Shown here: in pieces, positions 26,301 through 39,688 of the stretch
Position numbering within the stretch: position 1 is the stretch's first letter
Layout: the number at the start of each line of letters is the position of its first letter
DNA from: Okamejei kenojei
Taxonomy: Eukaryota
Length of the DNA stretch: 64,000 nt
Direction of reading: 5' to 3'
Assembly: GCA_035221665.1 (NCBI GenBank)
Contig: CM069133.1
Span: 56,048,001 to 56,112,000 of the forward strand
The notes under the pieces: generated by a model
Database searches by the model: none
Told to the model about the DNA's origin: nothing
The model's input: the letters and a program-made list of their open reading frames with translations, nothing else
Position numbers and translations under genes: made by a program

Positions 26301-28230
26301 TACTGTTTTAAAAAAAAGTGAATTTATTTCAAATGTGATACATATTTCAAAGAAGAAATATAAAAAGATAAGCAGAATATCAGGAAAATATTAGGAAAAT
26401 GTTAGCAAATACAGACATAGATGGGCTGAATGTACTTCAGATGTTTTAATTTCTGTGATAATTTCTTTTTTACTGTAGATAGAAGGATGACAAATCTTTT
26501 TTAATTAAAATGTACTGAGCTCTGTCTTATTTGACAGCAAAAATAATGTTCATGTCAAATTTAATGATAAATAATCTGATGAACTGTAATTCTGATTTAC
26601 AGCTAATTTGTCCTTATTCAACGATAACGTTTTCTGCACAGTGCAATGTGCTTTGTGGTTTAACAATTGGTCCTACAGCCAAAACGCTTGTGAAAGGTGG
26701 AAATGCAAAGCAAAATTCCTTAGCTGTCACGTTCATGAGTGAACTATTTTAATATATGATAATATACGAACAGCAAAGGATACAACAAAGATGGCAATTA
26801 TACCCATCTATCTTCTACGATTGGGATCAGCCCTTTTAATAAACTGTTCAACCAATTCGCTATCCATTCTGCTGATGACAACTCCAAAGTATTGTAATTT
26901 TATTATTTTCAAGCAGCATATCAGGACCATTGCCAAAAAAGGCCCTTGGAAAAATTAATAATATCTCTATATTTATTTATTTTGATTATTGGTTTGATCA
27001 TTTCCTCAAGGTTCAACTGATGTAATGAGACACATTCTGCACTTCTTAAACCCATGTCGAATAGCCACAACTATAGATTGCATACTGGCAAAATGTTCCA
27101 TGGTAGTTTCTTATTTGACACTTTTCAGCACATTTCTCATATCTTGTTACAACATAGAAGGAGGGCAGCCAGCCCAATATCTATGGTGACTCCCAGACCA
27201 ATTCCATCAACCTCTTGTCCTCACTTATTTTTACTCAATCTATTCTATTTCTTGTGACTTTCAACTCCAAGTTAATTCTCAAACATGAAAGTTAATGAGT
27301 GGTAATCTTTTGGGACATGGGAGGAAACTGGAGCACCAGGGGAACCCCAAGTGGTCACCAGGGAGTGTGCAAGTAGCACAAAGGCAGCACTCAGATGAAA
27401 TCTGATTGCAGGAGCTGTGAAGCAACATCAAAATCTGCTGAGTCTCTGCCACCTCATATATTTCCCAAAAGTCCAGTTACGTTGTTCACAGTTCCTGCCT
27501 GTGGACTTGCTTTAAGTAGCAGAGCCAAGAGCAACTTCCAAAGCTTTGTAATAATCCAGACATGAACAAGCCTCGGGTGCAACCATAACCCACCCTCTTG
27601 CTTTCACTTTTGTTTTTACAAAACACCCTGGAATAAGGTGGACAGGGATCTGCAGATCTATAGATCTTAGTTCTAATGAATTTGCTTCCAATTCTAATCA
27701 TACCTAATTTAATAATTTTCCTAATCAGGTGTGATGTAAATTGAGATCGACTCCAGGATGAATTCCGATATAGTAACCTGATTTCATTATACTGACTTTT
27801 CTTCATTGTCTCTATTTATATGACAATATTCCCACTTGAATTTTCATACTTATTTCTTCACTCATCTAACAAAGCTGCAAATTAGTTCTATTTTCCCCTA
27901 GTTCAAATAATTTTATGGAGTAGCCCAACTGAAATGTTAACTCTGTTTCTCTTTTCAAAGATGTTGTTTAGATTCCTGAGTATTTCAAGCATCTTTTATT
28001 TTTATACAATGTCCTTGCCTATCTTGGTAACTATTCCTGAACTTCATATACTATTTGACATTAATTTTCTTTTTCTTCAGTTGTGTTTTCCAATGATATT
28101 AATATGATAATGTTCATTGCTTTTACTGAAATCTACTATCCTTTATCCAATGTCATATTTCGTATACATACTCCTGGCAATTTGACTTCAATTTTGGCAC
28201 TTGTTTTATTTTAGAGATTTCTTATTTTTT

Positions 28231-28540
28231 AGTTTAGACATATAGCGTGAAATCAGGCCCTTCAGCCCACCAAGTCAATGCCGGATAACAATCACCCATA
28301 CACTAGTTCTATATTATCACAGTTTTGCATCCAACACAGTAGGGGCAATTTTGAAGCCAATTAACCTACAAACTTGTATGTCTTTGGAATGTGGAAGGAA
28401 ACCGGAGCTCCCAGAGAAAACCCATGCGGTCACAGGGAGAATGTGCAAACTCCAAACAGACTGCACCCAGAGACAGAATCAAACCCTGGTCTCTGGTGCT
28501 GTAAGGCAGTAACTCTACCGTTGTGTCACCGTGCCGCCCC
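28231..28540 (-). mobile_element. HE1-like V-SINE
   Basis: Ends ccgtgccgcccc on the plus strand (the 5' GGGGCGGCACGG head); body matches the other copies. Confidence 0.8.
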
Positions 28541-28949
28541 ACATTTTCTTACTCAGCAAGTGACACTTTTATCTCACAACTTTAATATCATCAGATAATA
28601 TATAAGAATACCTTTCACTCTCAAGAAACATGTTTTTTAAAACTGCTCTTTGCAACTATCTTGCAAGAATTGATATCTAAAATTACAATACAGTTACCTG
28701 TTCTTCACTCATCATGTCTTCAGATGTTATTCCGCTAACTAGGATATGCAATTCCCTACTATGATGAAGGTTCATTGGTCATAAACTTAAATACAGTTCC
28801 ACTCGCCACAGATCTTGCTTGAACAGTTGATTGATTCCAGCATTATCCAAATTTATTCTGGAGGTACAGCTTATGCTAATTTTATTTTTGTGTCCTTTTG
28901 AAATAATAATTAATATTTAATGATGCTTCTATAACCTAATCACATTAAT

Positions 28950-30484
28950 TAGCGATGTTACAATACTTACCTTTAGCGGCGCTGCAGTTCTGCCACTGGC
29001 CGTGTGCGCATCTTTGGCGCCTTTGGGGAGGGGGGCGGGATTAAAATCCACTATTGTACTGCCTGTCGGAGGCGGACTTCCTCGGACTGCTAGCTGATGA
29101 AGAAAAATCGATCGGAATTCCGTAACCGGTATATTTAAAAAAAAATTTGCTGGACAATTTAATATTTGGATTAAAATAAAAAGCGACTTCAAACGCCCTC
29201 AACGCCTACAACGTGACAGATCGCAAGAACGGGACAAAACAAAGGGTAAGTCGGCTATTTTACATATAATCTTACTTCTTGGGATGGCTTTAATCTAATT
29301 TTACTTTGCGAAAATGTTATTTGGGCCCCATACGAACCGGCAGTGTTTTTCCTGCCGATATGGAGTTCAAAGTCACCGCAAATGCAACGTTCCAATCGAT
29401 CGCGTTCCAGAAAAACCCACTCTCAAGATGATTTAAATCCTCTTTTTTTTGGACAATCATGTCATAAGCTGTCTAAATTGTCTATATTTTGCGTTATTCT
29501 CTCTCCATGATCATTATTTTTAAACTAAATATTCACAACAGTTTGAGTCACATGTATTGTGCAAAAAACAATAATTTTGATTATAGTTTGAGTGGATGTT
29601 TCTGGATTCATTTATGGGAATAAAACATTAAATTCCTTCCATCTGGCATATAAATTCATGACAGATTTAAAAATCATGTTATATTGTGAATTCTTGTGTG
29701 AATGGGATTAGTTTGTTATTTGGATACTTAGGCTATTTAAAAAATATATCCTTTTCTCAAGAAATGGAATCTACAGGACATTCTTAATGGGAAAGTAGTG
29801 GGCAGAAAGGCATGTCTTGCGTGGTTCGAAGAGCAAAAACGTGTAGTTAACAATGCCAAAATTGAAAAGTTGAGGATAAACAAGGTGTACAGAGTTGATT
29901 ATTGGTTACATTCTGAGGAGTATGATGATGCTACTGATTATGATATGCCAATGTACCAGCTAGCAACCAATCATCTTCATAAAGACTTGGTCTATTGCTA
30001 GAAAATGTCATTTATTTACCTATCTGTTATGGACCTATAGCATATTATACAATAATATTAAAGTTCTGACCTTGAGAATATCACATTTTTGAATTTTCAA
30101 GGCAGTCTGGGTGTTTATTGCTATTTCCGTCACAACGGACAATTTTGTAATTAGCTCCAATTAGGTAATTAACTAATTATAAGCTTTAATTTCAGGTCAT
30201 CCAAGTAAGATGTTTCATATTTGTTTCAGAATGATTCAATCTATAATAACTGAAAATTTAATTCAATTCTCTTAATTTTTAAGAAAGTTATGGGCTTTTG
30301 ACTGTCCTTGATCACAGCTTTTATGTTAAGTCAATGGAAAAGCAATAGAGAACAAGATGCTAATTTCCGAGTATGGGCCGTAACGTTTTTAATACTGAAG
30401 ATATAAAAGTGAATTAGGTGTCAAATTAAACTTCTTTTTATGCAGACTTGATTTTTAAAATCTCAAAAATGTGTAACATTGCTA
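28950..30484. mobile_element. non-autonomous DNA transposon, hAT-like, 7-bp TSD
   Basis: TIR TAGCGATGTTACA / TGTAACATTGCTA (12 of 13 match); CATTAAT at 28943-28949 and 30485-30491. Confidence 0.8.
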
Positions 30485-30639
30485 CATTAATGCACTAAAT
30501 GTTATTCGCTTATCATGTATCTAATCACTATAAATGGTTTGATTGTAATCATGTATTTTCTTTCTGCTGATAATAAACTAAACTAACTGTTAATATCTTG
30601 CCTCCATGCTGATCTCCATATGGAATACAGAAGCGTATT

Positions 30640-31345
30640 CCAAAAACAGCAGATGCTGGGGGTCTTTAGCAAGAAGCGAGAAGCAAACGGTTGGAGGAAC
30701 TCTACGGTTCAGGCAATGGACAGGCAATGTTTTTCGGTCTCACAATGTGGCCTTCTTTATGTTTTCAAAACCAAGAGTAGAATGAGTGACTGTGTCGATG
30801 AACACCTACACTCACTCACCAAGACTTGTAGGATTTCCTGGTTGCTAAACATTTTAACTTCCCTTCCCATTCCCATACTGACCTTCCTGTCCTTGGCCTC
30901 CTCCATTGCCACAGTGAGGCCACACAAACTGGAGGAACCGCACCTCATATTCCACTTCAGTCGCCTACAACCTTATGGTACAAATTGTAAATTCTCCCAT
31001 TTCAACTGACACCCCCCTACCCCACCACTCCTGCCTGTGGTCACCCCACCCCAATTTCTTTGACCATTTCCCACACCATCAGCCTTTTATTATCCCTATT
31101 TCACTTTTACCTGTCCTCTTTTCCCTCCCTCTGTCTGCTTCTTCCCATATCCCTCCTTCCTGCTTTTCATTTCACTCATTTTCTCTACTTAGCTAACACC
31201 CTTTTGCCTCCTTTTCACTTCTAGTCCTTGTCACTTATTCCACTCATCTATCACCCCCCCCCCCCCCCCCCCCCGACTCAAGACATTGCCTGTACATTCT
31301 TTCCACAAATGCTGCCTGACCTGTTGAGTTCTCCAGTATTTTTCA
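30640..31345 (+). mobile_element. Penelope-like element 3' fragment with inverted terminal piece
   Basis: KLEEPHLIFHFSRLQPYGTNCKFSHFN, C-rich UTR and terminal repeat; inverted terminal repeat at 30640-30740. Confidence 0.75.
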
Positions 31346-31477
31346 CTCTGCATTCCAAAAACCAGCAGCAAACCATTGTCTGCAATTTCAGGACAAAATT
31401 GCTTGTATTTTGTAGGGAAATGTTTGCACTTGGGTGTGAATGAACTAAGCAAAAGACAGAGCAAATCCATTTCTGGT

Positions 31478-31945
31478 ACATAGAATATAGAACAGTACAA
31501 GACAAAACAGACTCCTTGGTCCACAATGTATATGTGAGCATGATTCCAAGTTAAATTAACCAATTCTGCCTGCACACGATCTAAATTATTCTATTCAATG
31601 CAAATTAATGTGCCTGTTTATAAGCATGTTAAATGGTACTATAATGCCTGCTTCCACCACCACGCCATGCACAGTGTTCCAGGCATCTGCAACACTCTGT
31701 GTATAAAAGATAATTGGCATGGACATCTCCTTTAAAAGTTGACCTTTGTCCTTAAAGTTATGTCCTCTATTCATTGACATTTCCACTCTGGGAAAAATAC
31801 TCTGAGTGTCTATCCTTTCTGTGCCTTTCATAATTTTGTATATACCTATGAAGTCTCCCCTGAACCACTGACATACAAGAGAAAATAATCCAAGTTTGAC
31901 CTCTCCTCACAGCTGATACCTTCTAATCCAGGCATAATTCTGGTA
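31478..31945 (-). mobile_element. CR1 3' fragment
   Basis: IFYTQSVADAWNTVHGVVVEA; tail catagaatatagaacagtac on the plus strand. Confidence 0.75.
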
Positions 31946-33639
31946 TATTGTACCTTTTCTTTATCCTCTAAAATATATTAGAATTTTGAAAGAATTTATT
32001 ACTTTCAATGTGTTTACAAAGTTAATATCCTAAGGGAACTGTATGCAATAATGTGTTTTCATTTTAAGCAACACCATGCTTCATCATAAAATTAATTAAA
32101 TTATTTTACACCGGGGACTACCAGCATGTTCTGCTGACACCAATGCATTGAAAGTCAAGACAGCACTTACTGATGCAAATCTGTACAGCAATTCTGCTTC
32201 GGTGGTGCCATACCTAACTATTTTTCCGGAATCGAGTTAATTCCTTCAATATCTGCTGCCTTACCTGTTAGATAGCCTCGGGCCTATTTGATGTAATAAT
32301 AGAATTTATCATAAAAGGAGACTATCGCCTTCAGGGAATTTTTAAAATATTTATATTGCTGCAACAAATTTTGACTAAAATTTGCATTTTTCCTGCATCT
32401 GAGTTATTTCTTTTCTCTGGCTTATTATTTATCTTGTTGATGGGAGTCAGATTTTTCTAATTTTCTTTTTGCCAAGATTCTTCTTCTTTTCTGATGGGGT
32501 AAAGATAGATACTGCCACAGTTCCTTTAGCCAGATGTTGTTAAACAATGATGTTCCCTTGACATTTACACATTTTAATGGAGGGTTTGTTTTGGAAGTGC
32601 ATGGAATGCTGTCACTACCCTCTTCAATGCCAACCACTAGTCGTGATGATAAAATGGAACCAGTTTAAGATGCTGTCATGAATATTATCAGATCGCTTAA
32701 TATAGAGCTATATTCACATACATGAAACTGAAAAGGGACGGGAGGTTTCTTTCCCCATGTGATATTGCACGACCAAGTATGTTTTTGTAATAACATATAA
32801 GCATTCAAAGATCACACAGGCCTTTGTGTCACTACCAGCTATACGATCAAGCACCAAGATGGTCTACTAGCCTAACTTATCCATCCAGTTCAACTATCAA
32901 TCCAACATTGAAGGAATCTATCAGCACCTATGGCAAGACAACGTGCTTCAGGTTTGACCCTTCATTCAAATATCCTATGCTATAATATTATCATTACCAC
33001 ATTTTTTAATCACAACAGCAAAAAAAGTCTCCCTCAGAGATATTCACTTTGTTGTATCCATCTCACTCCCACCATCTCTGCAATTTAAAATCATCCTGTT
33101 TTCACTCGTTCTAAATTATGAGAAAAGTCTTTGATCAAAAATATTAGCACTTAGATGGTGTCTAACATGCTGAATATTTTCTGATTTATTCCCAACCTTC
33201 AGTGAATCTATTTTTGATCATAGCAACTGGTAACTAACAGAAATTCTCCTCCTTAATCCATAAATAAATAGATTTATGCAAGATAAATTAGTCAATAATG
33301 GGTTTGGTGTTGTAAGTATCAAACATGTCATCACCCAGTTTATACTATTCATTATATTGCTGTTTTGGTCAAATGTACCATTGTTCAACAGATAAAAATA
33401 TATCTTGTGGATTTGTTTAGATACTGTGCTTCATTTGTGCAAGTATGCAGAGCAAGACATTGGCACTGGATTGTACATTAACATGGCTGCATAATATTGC
33501 AACATTGCTTGTCTCTGTCAACTTTTCCATTGTCGCCAAGAATTCACCTGGACTGAGAAGTATGCCTAACTTGTGGTATTTTCCGATAACATTGCTGAGG
33601 TTGCTAATTATTGCCTTTGTTGATATATTCAGTCAGGAA

Positions 33640-33975
33640 GTTTAGTTTAGTTTATTGTTAAGTGTACTGAGGTACAGTGAAAAGCTTTTGTTGCAGCCAG
33701 TTGAAAAACAATGCACGATTGCAATCGACCAATCCACTGTGTACAGATACATGATAAAGGGAATAATGTGTAATGCACTACAATGTCAAATAAAGTCCGA
33801 TTAAAAATAGTCTGAGGGTCTATAATGAGGTAGATAGCAGCTCAGGACTGTTCTCTAGTTATTCGTAGGATGGTTACGTTGCCTGATAACAGTTGGGAGG
33901 AAACTTTCTCTGAATCTGGAGGTGTGCATTTTCACACTTCTATCCTATTGCATGATGGGAAGAGGGAGTGGCTGA
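33640..33975 (-). mobile_element. Rex1-like 3' UTR fragment
   Basis: Inverse of 10030-10362, including the (CTAAA)n tail. Confidence 0.75.
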
Positions 33976-34605
33976 GCTGCTCATGTCCCTGGGTTTAAAG
34001 AACATTGTTTGATTACTGTTTGAGAAAAATCCTGACAACTGCAGATGCTACAGATCTCAAATAAATACAGAAGGTTCTGGAAACACAGTGGGACCGAATG
34101 CCTGACTTATTGTGTGTTTCAAACAGCTTCTGTTCGAAGTTAAGATTTCCTAGTGACCTGCCTTCATCAATTTTGAGTCATCACCCTCTAAAAAAAATCT
34201 GATTTGTGTGACAGGATCTCCCTGAGTCAATCTCCTCCTAATCAATCCCTTCCATCTCAAGTGAACAGAAATCCTACCCCTTTGAATCTTTCCCAACAAC
34301 TTCCCTACCACTAATGCAAGTGTCCACGAGCCTGTAGTTTTCAGGTTGTTTTTATCATCGTTTTTGAACGGATGACAATATTAGCTATGGCCCTGTGTTC
34401 TGCTACCTCATCCAGAACTAACAAAGATGCAAAAATCTCCTACAGAGATCCCACCATTCTCTTCCCTTGCTTCCTTTAACACCTTGGGATAAATCCCCTC
34501 AGTCCTTAACGTGCCTATATTTCCAACACTCCCTCCTTCTACAGAATATCAGGATAACCTCCCCCTAACTTTCCAACCTCCACATCCTTCTCCCAGGTAA
34601 ATACT

Positions 34606-34912
34606 TTAGTTTAGTTTAGTTTAGAGATACAGTGCAGAAACAGGCCCTTCGGTCCACGGAGCCCACATTAACCAGCGATCCCCGCACATCAACATTATCC
34701 TACACACACTAGGGACAATTTACAATTTTACCAAGCCAATTAACGTACAAACCTGCAAGTCTTTGGAGTGTGGGAGGAAACCAAAGATCTTGGAGAAAAC
34801 CCACGCAGGTCATGGGGAGAACGTACAAACTCTGTAGAGACAAGCGACCATAGTCAGGATCGAACCCGGGTCCCGGGCCCTGTAAGGCAGCAACTCTACC
34901 GCTGCACCACCA
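34606..34912 (-). mobile_element. HE1-like V-SINE within an old CR1 remnant
   Basis: (TTTAG)4 tail and full body; flanks 34140-34600 and 34920-35200 resemble decayed CR1 ORF2. Confidence 0.85.
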
Positions 34913-35734
34913 TATAAAGGTATGAAGTCATCAATACTGATGAGATGCATTCATATTCCCTGGCTCTACACACAGATTCCCATTTTTATACCTGAGGGAC
35001 CTCCCGTATTCTTTGCTTTCCTCTTGCTTTTTAATATACTTATGATAGGTTCAAGAACCCTCCAATATAATTTCTTGCCCCCTTTAATTGTCTTAATTAT
35101 TTTCTTAAGTTCTCTCATATTTCCCCTTCAACTGCAAATAATGTGCCTGATACTAATTTCCTATGCCACATACATTTCCTTATTTTCCCTGATCATAACT
35201 TTGATTAACTGATATAAATTATTATATTACTGCATGGAATGTCATTGCACACAGTTTGATATCCTTGCTACAACAATGTCATCTGTTCAAATGAATTCCA
35301 CAAGGATATGCTTTACAATTCCAGAAGGCTGCAAACTGCATGAAATAAATGCAAAAACATTCTCTTTAAGTTATACTGGATCGTGGCCCTATTTTTCCAG
35401 ATATCAGAATTCCTGAATCAGATGTTTTCTGACACCGTGCAAATGAAGGAACTGATTCAGCATAATGTAATTCCCATGATGCAGTCTCTCCTATAGCTGG
35501 TCACAATGGGTTTGAATCATGCATACATAAGAGACTGCAGATGCTATAATCTGGAGGGGGAGAAAAAGAAAACTGCTGGAGGAACTCATCAGGCTGAATT
35601 GCATCTGTAGAGAGAAAGGAATTGGGTTGATGTCCTATATATTTGCTCCTCTAATTTCTGCTGACTATTGGGAGCCTATAATAGAAACCCAACAAAGTGA
35701 TCATCCCCTTATTTTGAAGTTCTACCCACATATA

Positions 35735-36051
35735 CAGCTCACCCCCTTTACGGCACACTGGTCAACCTGAGGAGTACCTTCAGCAACAGACTGGTTCCTT
35801 CTTCCCTGTGGCTATCAAACTTTACAACTCATCCCCATTCTGTCGTGGGGTAGACTGAGACTGACTGACTCCCCTCCCTCCCCCCACCCTCCCAAATCTT
35901 GGCACATCCCCCAAATCTTTCCACTCGTCACTTTAATTTCATGTTTCATGTATTTGTTTTTTTTATGACTGTTGGCAGGTCAATTTCCCTCATGGGATAA
36001 ATAAAGTTCTATCGTATCGTATCGTATCGTATCGTATCGTATCGTATCGTA
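35735..36051 (+). mobile_element. Rex1-like 3' end with (ATCGT)n tail
   Basis: SFFPVAIKLYN-coding segment, gggataaataaagtt, then about 8 ATCGT units (36011-36050). Confidence 0.75.
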
Positions 36052-36668
36052 CATAACCTCACTGGATATTTCACTTGGAATACCCTCTTTAGTACTGCAG
36101 TTATGCTTTCCCCAGTCAATATAGCAACTCCCCTCCTCGCTTACTCCACCTCTATTATGCCGGTGGCATCCGTACACTGAATTTTGAGCTGCCAATTCAT
36201 CCCACAACTATTTTTCTGTCATGGGGGGAGAGAGAGGGGGGGGGGGGGGGGGGGGGAGAGAGGGCAGGGGGAGAGAGGGCAGGGGGAGAGCCCCGAGCCA
36301 AGGCGTGAGTGTTCGTCTACCGAAGCTCTCGGGCGTTGTCGGGAAACTCGAGCTGAGGCGTGAGCATTCGTCGACTGAAGCTCTTGGGAGTTTGACAGGG
36401 CGACTTTTGAACAATGGGGGGAGGAGGGAGGGGTGGGAGTTGACATCAGTCACAGCACGAGCAGACGCTAGCAGGCAGATCCTTTGTGACGTCATCAGGG
36501 AATAAGCAGTTATTTCTTTCCAAGCTTCTTCAGATTTGTGAACATTATGATAAATAACTTGAGAAATAATGCATGAATTTTTCAGATAAAGCGACTTTTG
36601 ATTTAATGGGATAAATCTCTACCGGAATATGTAAAAATGTTACCGTTAGCACATCGTTTCTTCGAGTA

Positions 36669-36818
36669 NNNNNNNNNNNNNNNNNNNNNNNNNNNNNNNN
36701 NNNNNNNNNNNNNNNNNNNNNNNNNNNNNNNNNNNNNNNNNNNNNNNNNNNNNNNNNNNNNNNNNNNNNNNNNNNNNNNNNNNNNNNNNNNNNNNNNNNN
36801 NNNNNNNNNNNNNNNNNN
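36669..36818. other. assembly gap (150 N)
   Basis: Run of N hiding the left tip of the Tc1 element. Confidence 1.
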
Positions 36819-38368
36819 TACCCCTTGAACTTTTCCACATAGACCAACATAAAGTGGTGCATAATTGTGAAGTGGAAGGAAAATGATACATGGTTTCCAA
36901 ATTTTATTACAAATAAAAAACTGAAAAGTGTGGCGTGCAAAAAGTATTCAGCCCCCCTGAGTCAATACTTTGTAGAACCACCTTTCGCTGCAATTACAGC
37001 TGCAAGTCTTTTGGGGGTATGTCTCTACCAGCTTTGCACATCTAGAGATTGAAATTTTTGCCCATTTTTCTTTGCAAAATAGCTCAAGCTCAGTCAGATT
37101 GGATGGAGAGCATCTGTGAACAGCAATTTTCAAGTCTTGCCAGAGATTCTCAATTGGATTTAGGTCTGGACTTTGACTGGGCCATTCTAACACATGAATA
37201 TGCTTTGATATAAACCGTTCCATTGTAGCTCTGGCTGTATGTTTAGGGTCGTTGTCCTGCTGGAAGGTGAACCTCTGCTCCAGTCTCAAGTCTTTTGCAG
37301 ACTCTAACAGGTTTTCTTCCAAGATTGCCCTGTATTTGGCTCCATCCATCTTCCCATCAACTCTGACCAGCTTCCCTGTCCCTGCTGAAGAAAAGCATCC
37401 CCATAGCATGATGCTGCTACCACCATGTTTCACAGTGGGGATGGTGCGTTCATGGTGATGTGCAGTGTTAGTTTTCCGCCACACATAGCGTTTTGCATTT
37501 AGGCCAAAAACTTCAATTTTGGTCTCATCAGACCAGAGCACCTTCCTCCACATGTATGCTGTGTCCCCCACATGGCTTGTGGCAAACGGCAAACGGCAAA
37601 CGGGACTTCGTATGGCTTTGTTTCAACAATGGCTTTCTTCTTGCCACTCTTCCATAAAGGCCCGATTTGTGGAGTGCACGACTAATAGTTGTCCTGTGGA
37701 CAGATTCTCCCTCTGGAGCTGTGGATCTCTGCAGTTCCTCCAGAGTTACCATGGGCCTCTTGGCTGCTTCTCTGATCAATGCTCTCCTTGCCTGGCCTGT
37801 CAGTTTAGGTGGACGGCCATGTCTTGGTAGGTTTGCAGTTGTGCCATACTCTTTCCATTTTCGGATGATGGATTAAACAGTGCTCCGTGAGATGTTCAAA
37901 GCTTGGGATATTTTTTTATAACCTAACCCTGCTTTAAACTTCTCCACAACTTTATCCCTGACCTGTCTGGTGTGTTCCTTGGGCTTCATGATGCTGTTTG
38001 TTCACTAATGTTCTCTAACAAACCTCTGAGGCCTTCACAGAACAGCTGTATTTATACTGAGATTAGATTACACACAAGTGGACTCTATTTACTAATTAGG
38101 TGACTTCTGAAGGCAATTGGTTGCACTTGATTTTATTTAGGGGTATCAAAGTAAAGGGGGCTGAATACTTTTGCACGCCACACTTTTCAGTTTTTTATTT
38201 GTAAAAAAACTTGAAAACCCTGTATCATTTTCCTTCCACTTCACAATTATGCACCACTTTGCGTTGGTCCATCACACAAAATACCAATAGAATATATTTA
38301 TGTTTGTGGTTGTAACGTGACAAAATGTGGAAAAGTTCAAGGGGTATGAATACTTTTGCAAGCCACTG
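36819..38368 (-). mobile_element. Tc1 transposon, IR/DR type (Passport-like)
   Basis: TA|CAGTGGCTTGCAAAAGTATTCA end at 38368; about 210-bp TIRs with inner and outer AAAAGTATTCA direct repeats; the left TIR has an internal deletion of about 54 bp and its tip is in the gap. Confidence 0.95.
36962..37989 (-). pseudogene. Tc1 DD34E transposase pseudogene
   Basis: MKPKEHTRQVRDKVVEKF...GRPPKL...WSDETK...QDNDPKH...SPDLNPIENLW. Stop at 37873-37875, extra GGCAAAC at 37581-37601, frameshift near 37013. Confidence 0.95.
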
Positions 38369-39400
38369 TACATCCAAGATCAGAATGTTTTAGTTATAAG
38401 GATAGGATGACCCCCTCTCCCCATGATATTGATAGTGGGGAATTCAGGAATTCCGGTGAATGTCATGAGTATGTGGCGCCAGCGACATTGAGAAGTTCAA
38501 TCCTGACCTCCTGTCCTGCTTGTGTGAAGTTTTCATGTTTTTTCTCTGAGGGAATGAGTTTCCCCCTGGGATTCTGTTTTTTATTTAACCCTCATCCCAA
38601 AGACATATTGGTTGATATGTTTCCTGACTATTGTAAATTGCCCCTTGGGTGTAGTTGAGTGGCAAGAAATAAGGTGGTAGTGAGGTTGGGGAAGAATAGG
38701 ATTGATGTCAATGATGATGATTACTATGGGCATGGTAGGCTGAAGGGCCTGTTTATGTGCTGCCTCACTCTATCAGTCTCAGAGTTCAATATATCCTCTC
38801 AGCCACAGATTCCCCAGAATACATTTTAAAGACAGGATCATCTATAACCTGTTTCCATAGATAAATAAAACAAAGGTTACACATAGCTTGAAGCATTTAC
38901 GTTATTTTCAAAATTAGTCCCATTTATCTGCAATTTCAGAACTCCAGTAATGAGTTGGCATTTTGCCATATATCTGACTTTCTCAAATTCCTGTTTTTAA
39001 CTAAAACCGATAACAATATTAAATTCAGATGTGTGAAATTGAGCTACACAAAACTTCTCCCTAAAGATTTACGTGATATTTTGTTATTCATTTCCCAAGG
39101 GCTTGGCATTGCCAATAGGCAATAAATAGGCAATATTATTGTGCATTAATATTTACCCTTGTGAAGGCAGTGGTGAGCTTCTTGAATGATAATAGTACTT
39201 CTGGTAAAAGGGTTGCCGTAGTGCTATTGGGGAGGAAGTTTTTAAGGTTTAGACACAGTGACGATAAATGTCCACTCAAGATGATCTACAGCTTGCAAGA
39301 GAATTTGCTGGTGGTGATACCTCCATATTTTTGTGCCACTTGAGGTTACAGGTTTGGGAGGTGCTGTGGATATAGATGGGGTGAGTTCTTTACATTTTTT

Positions 39401-39688
39401 TTTAGTTCAGAGATACAGCATGGAAACAGGTCCATCGGTCCACTGGGTCTGCACCGACTAGCGATCCACGCACATCAACACCAACCCACACACACTAGGG
39501 ACAATTTGCACATACCAAGCAATTTATCCTACAAACCTGTACGTCTTTGGAGTATGGAACGGAACCGAAGATCTCAGTTCATGTGGAGAACATACAAATT
39601 CTGTACAGACAGCATCCGTAGTCAGGATCGAACCCGGGTCTCCCGTGCTGCAAGGCAGCAACTCTACTGCTGCGTCACCATGCCACCC
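39401..39688 (-). mobile_element. HE1-like V-SINE
   Basis: Matches the 34606 and 42973 copies. Confidence 0.8.

Larger units (their letters stand above)
36208..38402 (-). mobile_element. Helitron-like non-autonomous fragment interrupted by Tc1
   Basis: Minus-strand start A|TCCTTATAACTAAAACATTCTGATCTTG (38402) resembles the terminus at 52069; body at 36208-36668; no 3' end seen. Confidence 0.5.
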
